In this document: positions 56,843-64,000 of the stretch, one piece after another
How the letters are laid out: every line of letters begins with the position of its first letter
Position numbering within the stretch: position 1 is the stretch's first letter
Source: an uncultured bacterium
GTDB taxonomy: Bacteria > Fidelibacterota > Marinisomatia > Marinisomatales > UBA1611
Assembly (NCBI GenBank): GCA_913020665.1
Contig: CAJVZI010000002.1
Span: 16,070 to 80,069 of the forward strand
Direction: 5' to 3'
Length of the DNA: 64,000 nucleotides
Program-made: the position numbers and the translations under genes
The notes under the pieces: model-generated
The model's database searches: none
Seen by the model: only the letters and a program-made list of their open reading frames with translations
Told to the model about the DNA's origin: nothing

Positions 56843-57784
56843 ATGAGTAATTTTTCTCATCTAGATGATAAAGGTAATGTAAGGATGGTAGATGTAACTG
56901 AAAAAGTCAATAGCTTGCGAGTTGCAAAAGCAGAAGGAAGAATTTATATGAGGCCTGAGACCATTGCAGCAATACAAAATGATGAACTTCCAAAGGGTAG
57001 TGTGTTAACTACTGCAAAGGTAGCTGGTATACAAGCAGCTAAGAAAACTGCAGAGATTATACCCATGTGTCACCAGTTAAATCTTTCCTATGTGGATATA
57101 GAATTTTTAATTATGTCGGATCATATATTGATTCGATCGATTGTAAAGACCAAGGAAGCAACAGGCGTTGAAATGGAAGCATTATCTGCTGTTTCGAATA
57201 GTGCTCTGACCATATATGATATGTGTAAGTCCATTGATAAGACCATGGTAATCAAGGATATACAGCTTTTAACCAAAGAAGGGGGCAGATCTGATCACGC
57301 TGATACATATCGTCCAAAAGTGGGTATTGTTACATTAAGTGATAGTGTTTCAGCAGGGAAAAATATTGATGTTTCAGGACCGCTACTTATTGAAGGATTC
57401 ATTCGATCAGGTTGTAGTGTAGATCATCAAAAAATATTGCCAGATGGTTCAAAGGAATTAGTTCCTTTAGTAAATGATTGGATAGATGATGGTGTTGAAT
57501 TGATCGTTACTTCTGGAGGGACCGGTCTTGGTCAGCGAGATCTTACCATAAAAGTATTAGATGGAATGTTCGATTCTAAACTACCTGGTATAGAACAAGC
57601 TCTTCATGCATATGGGCGAGACAAGGTAAAAACAGCTATGCTTTCACGTTTAACCGCTGGTGTGATCAGAGATGCTATTGTTATCTGCTTGCCTGGAAGC
57701 AAGGGCGCTGCAAAGGATGCATTGAATGTATTGATACCTACCATATTTCATTCATTTCATATGATGAAAGGTGAAAAGCATTGA
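56843..57784 (+). CDS. moaC: Bifunctional MoaC (cPMP synthase) / MoaB-Mog-like domain protein
   Basis: N-terminal MVDVTEK...IPMCHQL (MoaC). C-terminal VGIVTLSDS...TSGGTGLGQRD (MoaB/Mog). Confidence 0.85.
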   Translation: MSNFSHLDDKGNVRMVDVTEKVNSLRVAKAEGRIYMRPETIAAIQNDELPKGSVLTTAKVAGIQAAKKTAEIIPMCHQLNLSYVDIEFLIMSDHILIRSIVKTKEATGVEMEALSAVSNSALTIYDMCKSIDKTMVIKDIQLLTKEGGRSDHADTYRPKVGIVTLSDSVSAGKNIDVSGPLLIEGFIRSGCSVDHQKILPDGSKELVPLVNDWIDDGVELIVTSGGTGLGQRDLTIKVLDGMFDSKLPGIEQALHAYGRDKVKTAMLSRLTAGVIRDAIVICLPGSKGAAKDALNVLIPTIFHSFHMMKGEKH

Positions 57785-58521
57785 TGGAATATCTCATACC
57801 ATTCTTCTTTTTTTTTATTTCATTCATATACTCGAGTGTAGGTCTAGGTGGTGGCTCATCCTACACCGCAATTATGGCGGTCACCGGAGTGAGTTATCAG
57901 ACCATACCCACTATATCATTGACACTTAATCTTTTAGTAACGTTTTTTGGAATGGTCAATTTTTGGCGTTTCGGATATGTTAGAATTAACCTTATCATAC
58001 CTTTTTTGATTACATCCATTCCCATGGCATATTTTGCAGGGTTGATGAAATTAAATGAATATATTTTTCAGATCATTCTATTAATAACTCTTTTACTTAT
58101 CGCATTTAGAATTTATATCCTAAATGATATTGCCCTTTCTGTTCAATTAACAAAAGTGCAAAAATGGTTCGTAATTATTTCCATAGGTTTATTGCTTGGA
58201 TTTGTTGCAGGTGCTATAGGCATTGGTGGTGGGATATATCTTATACCGCTTATAATTATCCTAGGATTAGGTTCAGAGAAAGAGGCTGCAGCAGCAGGTG
58301 CGATATTTGTTTGGTCGAATTCATTTGCGGGTCTGGCTGCACGGTATCAGTATTTAAGATTTGATTATGATATGATCCTACCTTCCATACTATCTGTTAT
58401 AATTGGGGGATCTCTTGGATCATATTTTGGCGCAACCAAATATGATCCGCATACCATACAAAAGATAATGGGTGTTATCATCCTGATAGCAATTCTATTT
58501 TTATTTAGGAAAATATTTTGA
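57784..58521 (+). CDS. TauE/SafE (DUF81) family anion exporter-like membrane protein
   Basis: SSVGLGGGSSYTAIM and AIGIGGGIYLIPL form the duplicated DUF81 motif; 7-8 TM helices. Confidence 0.75.
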   Translation: MEYLIPFFFFFISFIYSSVGLGGGSSYTAIMAVTGVSYQTIPTISLTLNLLVTFFGMVNFWRFGYVRINLIIPFLITSIPMAYFAGLMKLNEYIFQIILLITLLLIAFRIYILNDIALSVQLTKVQKWFVIISIGLLLGFVAGAIGIGGGIYLIPLIIILGLGSEKEAAAAGAIFVWSNSFAGLAARYQYLRFDYDMILPSILSVIIGGSLGSYFGATKYDPHTIQKIMGVIILIAILFLFRKIF

Positions 58522-59741
58522 TATCTGTTCAAGAAGCAAAAGCGATCATAAATAAACATATCTTTCAACTGGATTCAGAGACGATATTATTAAGCGATTC
58601 AAGTGGGCGTATCATTGACCATGATGTAATAGCGACATTTCCTTCTCCCAGGTTTGATAACTCAGCCATGGATGGATTTGCAGTACGTTCAATTGACACG
58701 GAGGGAGCTTCCCAAGAAAATCCTGTTTTGTTAAGAAATATTGATTCAAGTATGGCAGGATCTCCAAGCTCACTACATTTAAAACCAGGGGAATGTATTC
58801 AATGCATGACAGGTGCGAAGATACCTAGTGGAGCTGATGCAGTTATCATGGTTGAGCAGACCAGTGGATTTTCAGATAATGAACTTATAAAGGTGATGGC
58901 AGATGTTTCTCTGGGAAAAAATATACGATTGGAAGGAGAAGAGATCAAAAATGGAGATATTCTGGTTAGAGAGAGAACGAGAATTACTGCAAGTGAGTTA
59001 AGCGTTTGTGCTGCATTTGGTTATGGTCAGGTCAAAGTTATAAAACAACCAAAAGTTGCTATTTTTGCAACAGGAAATGAGCTAATTGAGCCTGGTAAAG
59101 AATTAAAAGAGGGTAAGATATATAACTCGAATCTTTACATGTTTTCAGAGCTAGTTCAAAAATCAGGTGGTAAGGTTATAATGCAAAATGTGGTTAAAGA
59201 TGACAAAAAAGCATTACACTCATTTTTATCTGAGGCTTTAGATAATTGTGATCTGATCATTTCATCTGGAGGTGTTTCAATGGGGAGATATGATTATGTT
59301 CGAGATGTATTTATGGATTTAGGAGTGAAAGAGCATTTTTGGAAAGTAGCCCAGAAACCAGGTAAACCGCTCTTTTTTGGATCGGAGAAAAATAAATTGG
59401 TCTTTGGACTTCCAGGCAATCCTATTTCTTCCTACATAGGGTTTATGGAATGGGTTTGGCCAGTCATTGGTCAGATGATGGGCTATTTTGAAGATCCATA
59501 TATAACAGGTATCCTAAAAAAACCTTTCCAAAGAGATAAAATAAAATTTCGATATCTATTTGGTAATGCTTGGACTGATAAAGGTAAAATATTATGCGAA
59601 CCATCTACTAAGGTTGGATCACATATGCTAACCTCTGCATTAGGTGCAAATTGTATCCTGGGAGCTAATCCAGGCACTGAAGATCTCATTGAGGGAGATC
59701 CTATACAGGTCAACCTTTTACCTTGGGCTGATCTCAAATGA
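58518..59741 (+). CDS. moeA: Molybdopterin molybdotransferase
   Basis: SPRFDNSAMDGFAV and SSGGVSMGRYDY. TTG start overlaps the previous stop. Confidence 0.9.
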   Translation: MISVQEAKAIINKHIFQLDSETILLSDSSGRIIDHDVIATFPSPRFDNSAMDGFAVRSIDTEGASQENPVLLRNIDSSMAGSPSSLHLKPGECIQCMTGAKIPSGADAVIMVEQTSGFSDNELIKVMADVSLGKNIRLEGEEIKNGDILVRERTRITASELSVCAAFGYGQVKVIKQPKVAIFATGNELIEPGKELKEGKIYNSNLYMFSELVQKSGGKVIMQNVVKDDKKALHSFLSEALDNCDLIISSGGVSMGRYDYVRDVFMDLGVKEHFWKVAQKPGKPLFFGSEKNKLVFGLPGNPISSYIGFMEWVWPVIGQMMGYFEDPYITGILKKPFQRDKIKFRYLFGNAWTDKGKILCEPSTKVGSHMLTSALGANCILGANPGTEDLIEGDPIQVNLLPWADLK

Positions 59742-60712
59742 TCATTACCCCAAAAGAATTGCAGAATTGGATTGATAATGATCTTTCCTTCACAGCAGTT
59801 GATATACGTGAAGATGCCCAGATAAAGGATTGCCCTATTTTAGGGGTAGATCATGTAGTCGCGAAGGTAAAATCCATACCTGAGACAAATAATAAATTAG
59901 TATTAATGTGCCAATTTGGGATTGTTACGGAGGGAATTATTATTGAAAATCGCCTATTAGATACCTTTAGTCTATTAGGCGGAATTGAAGCATGGAATGC
60001 TTTTTATTCAGATAAAAGAGATATGAGTCGGTGGTCAAGACAAACGATTCTACAAGAGGTTGGCTTAGAAGGCCAAAAAAAGTTAATGGATTCTAATGTC
60101 ATTATTGTAGGTATGGGTGGACTTGGTTGTCCTGTTGCTCAATCACTTATTGCATGTGGCATTAGAAAACTAAGGATAATTGATGGTGATGCAGTGGAGT
60201 TAAGTAATCTACACCGGCAGCCGCTATATGGTATTGAAGATATTGGAAAAATGAAGGTTCATACTGCAAAGAAGCGTTTACAAAACCTATCTAAGAAAGC
60301 ATTAATAGAACCGGTCCACTCTTATTTAGATGAAAAAAATGGATCTGATCTTATTAAGGGAGCAACGGTTGTAATAGATGCAACTGATAATATTTCAACT
60401 AGAAAATTGATTGATAAACTATGCAAGAGATCAAATACTCCCATGATATATGGTGCTCTTTATCGCTATGAAGGTCAGGTGGCAATTCTAAATGTAAATG
60501 GAAGTGTTGGATACAGTGAATTATTTCCAGTTGACTCATCAGTTGCTGACAATTGTTCAGAAGCAGGTATATTAGGAATGCTACCTGGAATTATTGGTAA
60601 TATACAAGCACTTGAGACTGTAAAACTGATTCTAGATATAAAGCCAAACCTAGTAGGAAAGCTTCTATTATATGATGGGATGAATCATACAACACAAACC
60701 ATAAAATTATGA
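59738..60712 (+). CDS. moeB: MoeB/ThiF-type adenylyltransferase with N-terminal rhodanese-like domain
   Basis: aa 1-95 is rhodanese-like (ITPKELQNWI..., LVLMCQFGIVT). This is followed by RWSRQTIL...VIIVGMGGLGCPVAQSL and LHRQPLY. Confidence 0.8.
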   Translation: MIITPKELQNWIDNDLSFTAVDIREDAQIKDCPILGVDHVVAKVKSIPETNNKLVLMCQFGIVTEGIIIENRLLDTFSLLGGIEAWNAFYSDKRDMSRWSRQTILQEVGLEGQKKLMDSNVIIVGMGGLGCPVAQSLIACGIRKLRIIDGDAVELSNLHRQPLYGIEDIGKMKVHTAKKRLQNLSKKALIEPVHSYLDEKNGSDLIKGATVVIDATDNISTRKLIDKLCKRSNTPMIYGALYRYEGQVAILNVNGSVGYSELFPVDSSVADNCSEAGILGMLPGIIGNIQALETVKLILDIKPNLVGKLLLYDGMNHTTQTIKL

Positions 60713-60954
60713 TAGAGGTCAAATTAAAATGTTTTTCTCAGGTTAAGTATGCATTAGGAACAGATGAGATGACCTTTGAGTTAGAGGATGGTATAACATG
60801 TTCTGAACTTGAAACTATTGTCCGCCAAACGACAGAAGGTAAATTAAAAGATATTGATCTTCGTATCGCAATCAATCAGGAATATGTTAAGGATGATACA
60901 GAGTTAAAAGATGGTGACGAGGTTGTCTTAATTCCACCAGTACAGGGCGGATAA
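60709..60954 (+). CDS. moaD: Molybdopterin synthase sulfur-carrier subunit
   Basis: 81 aa ending in PPVQGG. Confidence 0.8.
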   Translation: MIEVKLKCFSQVKYALGTDEMTFELEDGITCSELETIVRQTTEGKLKDIDLRIAINQEYVKDDTELKDGDEVVLIPPVQGG

Positions 60955-61371
60955 ATGGTTAAAGTTGAGATTGTAAATGGTCGCATAATTCCCTTTCCAA
61001 CTGATAATGATAGGACAGATGAAGGATCTGAACTAACATTTAATGGAAGGGTCAGGTCAATAGAAGATGATAAAGAGATAACTCATCTGGAATATGAATA
61101 TTACGATGGCATGGCTGAAAAAGAGTTAAGGAAGATCGCTGAAGAGACCATTAAAAAATATTCTGTCCATGATCTTTTTTGTAAACATCGTGTTGGAAAA
61201 GTGGAAGTGGGTCAAGTAAGTCTGCATGTCGTCATATGGTCCAAGCATAGAAAAGAAGGTATAGATGCCATGACCCATTTTATATCAGAGCTGAAGCACA
61301 AGGTTCCTATCTGGAAATGGGCTATACATCAAGATGGTACAAAGATCCCAAGTGATTGTACACACCAATAA
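60955..61371 (+). CDS. moaE: Molybdopterin synthase catalytic subunit
   Basis: TFNGRVRS...LEYEYYDGMAEKEL...VPIWKW. Confidence 0.85.
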   Translation: MVKVEIVNGRIIPFPTDNDRTDEGSELTFNGRVRSIEDDKEITHLEYEYYDGMAEKELRKIAEETIKKYSVHDLFCKHRVGKVEVGQVSLHVVIWSKHRKEGIDAMTHFISELKHKVPIWKWAIHQDGTKIPSDCTHQ

Positions 61372-61398
61372 CTTTTAATCAATAAATTCCGAATACCA

Positions 61399-62814
61399 AT
61401 GTTTGGTTTTTCGGCACGATCGGTCTCAGATATATTATTTTGGGTCACTCGTAAAAAGTGGCTAATTCTTTCTTTTTTACTTAGTATTTCTTTTTTCTAT
61501 GTTCCTTCACCAGATGGTCTTTCGCCTGAGGGGCACCGTACATTGATCATTGTTTTAGTGGCTTTGATATTGATTATAAGTGAATCAATACCTCTTCCAG
61601 GTGTGGCTATTTTAATATTGATAATGGAGGTCATTCTCGGTGTTGACACTGCAGATGGAGTGGCATCATCTTTTATGAGTGATGCGGTATTCTTTATAAT
61701 GGGCTCTTTAATGTTGGCGGTATCCCTTGTACATCAGGGGCTCGATAAGAGACTGGCTCTTTTAGTTATAAATATTACAGGAAATAAAACTTGGAGTATT
61801 GTTTTGGGTTTTGTGGGTATTTCTGCTTTCCTGTCTTCATTCATTGGCGAACATACTGTTGGCGCCATGATGCTGCCAGTTGCGCTTGCACTAATTCGTA
61901 ATGCCGGTTTAAGTACCACACAAGCCACTAAGCTTTCTACATTGCTACTATTTTCTATAGCCTATGGTTGTGCTATTGGTTCTATTGGAACACCTTCTGG
62001 CGGGGGGAGAAATGTAATTATGATAGGCTATCTATCAGAATTTGGAATGGCTGAAATATCTTATCTTGAATGGATGAAGTTTGCTTATCCTATGCTAATT
62101 ATAGAGATCCCGATCGTTGCGCTGGTCCTATGGTTTACATTCACACCTGAACAAAAGATGATGGATTCTTCTGTAAGAAAACTAAAAGTAAAAGTTGCAA
62201 AGACTGGAAAATTGACAGCAAATCAAATAATGGCGATCATCATATTCATACTAGTTTTTCTAGGGTGGATCTTTCTTAGTCCCATTATTGGCCTTGGCAT
62301 TGTAGCATTGAGCGGGGTCTTTCTTTATCTTTCTTTTGGTTTGGTTGAGTGGCAAGAGATAAATAGGAATACTAATTGGGGTGTGATCCTATTATTTGGT
62401 TCAGCAATATCTATAGGTATACAGATGAAAGAGACAGGAGCAGCGCTATGGGTTGCCGAAGAGACACTTTATTATTTAGAGGTTATATTTCAGGATATTG
62501 CAGTTGTCAGATGGTTTGTTTCTGTTATCGTAACAGGAATTTTAACAAACTTATTAAGTAATGCGGCCACTGTAGCTGTACTTGGTCCTATCATTTTAGA
62601 TATGGGTGGTGATCCTATAATTATGGGAATTATGACATCTATTGCATCTGCCTTTGCTTATTTAACTGTTGTAGCATCACCTACATGTATGATTATACAT
62701 TCCACTGGTCTTATCTCTTCAAGTGACTATTTTAAAGCAGGCTGGAAACTTTTTATTATTTCTGTAATAGTGCTTTTGATGGTCTCAACGTTTTATTGGC
62801 CAATATTATTATGA
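61399..62814 (+). CDS. DASS/SLC13-type (ArsB/NhaD-fold) anion:Na+ symporter family permease
   Basis: More than 10 TM helices. LTNLLSNAATVAVLGPI is an SNxxT hairpin motif. Confidence 0.65.
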   Translation: MFGFSARSVSDILFWVTRKKWLILSFLLSISFFYVPSPDGLSPEGHRTLIIVLVALILIISESIPLPGVAILILIMEVILGVDTADGVASSFMSDAVFFIMGSLMLAVSLVHQGLDKRLALLVINITGNKTWSIVLGFVGISAFLSSFIGEHTVGAMMLPVALALIRNAGLSTTQATKLSTLLLFSIAYGCAIGSIGTPSGGGRNVIMIGYLSEFGMAEISYLEWMKFAYPMLIIEIPIVALVLWFTFTPEQKMMDSSVRKLKVKVAKTGKLTANQIMAIIIFILVFLGWIFLSPIIGLGIVALSGVFLYLSFGLVEWQEINRNTNWGVILLFGSAISIGIQMKETGAALWVAEETLYYLEVIFQDIAVVRWFVSVIVTGILTNLLSNAATVAVLGPIILDMGGDPIIMGIMTSIASAFAYLTVVASPTCMIIHSTGLISSSDYFKAGWKLFIISVIVLLMVSTFYWPILL

Positions 62815-63695
62815 AAATATTAATCGCAATTAGCAGTAAAGAATACTCAGGACCTACCCTAGATGTTGGTATGAATATTGCCCGTGCTATTCAATCATCT
62901 ACTACTATTGTGGATGTAGGGCAAAAGATCAGCGAGTTTAGCCTTAAGGATGTGAGTATGGCAAATGAGGTTATGGAATCCTGGGATATAGATAGGCCTG
63001 GTGTTGATGTATTGGAATGGGCTTATAATTACCTATCAGAGAATCAATTTATTGAAGAACAAGCGCTTAAAGACGGCTTTCCTAAGAATGTTCTTATTGA
63101 AAGTGGAACAGGCCGAGCGGAGGTATTGCTAAAAGGTTCAGCTCTAGAAAATTTATCAATGATTCTTAGGAACGGGGATATCATTAAAGAATTAAGGGAT
63201 GAGGTAAATACCCATGAATATGACCTGACAATCATTGGTGGTAGCGGTAAGCGTAGTATGGCCCATGATATGATCCAATATATTGATAGCTCGATCTTTG
63301 TTGTAAACAATTTTAATATAAATGAAAATTATAAGATCTTATTAGCAGTTGATGATTCTCCTGGCACAGCAAAAGCTGTTAAATATGGTGTGCGTGTTGC
63401 TCAGGCATTTAATATAAAAGTTGAACTAATTACCATTAGCAAGGATAAACATTTGGTAGAAGAGAATAAAAAGGCATCAGATTATGCAGCCAAAATGATG
63501 CGTAGAAGTGGAGTAGAAGCTCAAAGAATTTTTAAAACCGGAGATCCAGTAGACACAATAATAGAAACCGCAGGTACTAACCGCATTATAATAATGGGGG
63601 CATCAAGTCAATCTCCTATAACTAAATTTTTTATGGGAAGTAAGCCACTCAATGTAATGGAAAATTGTAATTGTCCAGTTTTAATTGTTAAATAA
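62811..63695 (+). CDS. Tandem universal stress protein (UspA) domains
   Basis: KILIAIS... and KILLAVDDSPGTAKAV...IIIMGAS...CPVLIVK. The ATG at 62811 (ATGA overlap) is preferred over the track TTG at 62796. Confidence 0.75.
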   Translation: MKILIAISSKEYSGPTLDVGMNIARAIQSSTTIVDVGQKISEFSLKDVSMANEVMESWDIDRPGVDVLEWAYNYLSENQFIEEQALKDGFPKNVLIESGTGRAEVLLKGSALENLSMILRNGDIIKELRDEVNTHEYDLTIIGGSGKRSMAHDMIQYIDSSIFVVNNFNINENYKILLAVDDSPGTAKAVKYGVRVAQAFNIKVELITISKDKHLVEENKKASDYAAKMMRRSGVEAQRIFKTGDPVDTIIETAGTNRIIIMGASSQSPITKFFMGSKPLNVMENCNCPVLIVK

Positions 63696-63827
63696 AGCTA
63701 ATCATAAACTAGTTATTGAGATCGCAATGTGTAAAATAACAATTATTCAATTATATTGTATGGTTTGTAGTTATTGTAATGATCATTAGATTTCACTTCT
63801 AAAACCTAAGATATAAATGGAGTAGTT

Positions 63828-64000
63828 ATGTCATCAAGTACTGACCCAACCTCATCAGCATATAGTGAAGCAGTTAATAAATTAGGTCTCAAACCTAATA
63901 TTGCAAAAGCTCTTGAGCTACCGGATCGTGAGTTAACAGTGGAGGTCCCTTTTAGAAGAGATAATGGTGAACTAGAAAGTGTTGTTGGCTTCCGAGTTCA
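63828..64000 (+). CDS. gdhA: Glutamate dehydrogenase, N-terminal fragment (runs off window)
   Basis: My translation gives MSSSTDPTSSAYSEAVNKLGLKPNIAKALELPDRELTVEVPFRRDNGELESVVGFRV, which fits the Glu/Leu/Phe/Val dehydrogenase N-terminal pattern. Confidence 0.65.
   Translation, partial: MSSSTDPTSSAYSEAVNKLGLKPNIAKALELPDRELTVEVPFRRDNGELESVVGFRV

Noticed and set aside
1-64000. A search for CRISPR arrays, IS elements, integrases, toxin-antitoxin pairs, restriction-modification or other defence systems, prophage genes, rRNA and tRNA.
   Set aside because: No direct-repeat/spacer periodicity, no transposase, recombinase or nuclease-type ORFs, and no intergenic gap exceeds about 290 nt. The window looks like metabolic chromosomal DNA rather than a mobile or defence island.

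Overview
This is an AT-rich window (roughly mid-30s % GC by eye) that is densely coding, with about 60 genes. It looks like chromosomal DNA from a marine FCB-superphylum-like bacterium, based on a T9SS C-terminal sorting domain, CarboxypepD_reg-type TonB-dependent receptors and a dockerin; the taxon cannot be fixed from sequence alone. I found no rRNA, tRNA, CRISPR array, transposase, integrase or phage genes. Content in order: (1) a divergent sulfation locus with two secreted arylsulfotransferase-like propellers, a PAPS-type sulfotransferase and a START-like protein, next to an RND/MMPL exporter, a LolA-like protein and a TlpA-like thioredoxin; (2) a fadN-fadA-fadE beta-oxidation operon; (3) an iron island (FTR1 permease, small lipoprotein, TonB receptor, DUF4856-like lipoprotein, hemH, ferritin-like protein, a second TetR-linked TonB receptor) carrying a recurring Fur-like 7-1-7 palindrome and a GC-rich structured leader; (4) a LOG plus twin secreted amidohydrolase operon; (5) a translationally coupled nine-gene kynurenine/2-aminomuconate operon, preceded by a small lipoprotein gene, with no formamidase and with an atypical SDR and a ferredoxin inserted; (6) rpe-tkt-rpiB; (7) a molybdoenzyme module: cysteine dioxygenase and mobA divergent from a fused FeS-NrfD subunit and a Tat-less bis-MGD catalytic subunit, then a lipoprotein, ccsBA, a candidate Moco riboswitch and a moaA-moaCB-tauE-moeA-rhodanese/moeB-moaD-moaE operon; (8) a DASS permease, a tandem USP and a partial gdh. 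The most interesting candidates are the cytoplasm-facing Mo enzyme and its sulfur context, the sulfation/export locus, the unclassified leader RNA with its operator, and the non-canonical kynurenine operon. All functional calls come from motif reading by eye and need HMM or structure confirmation.
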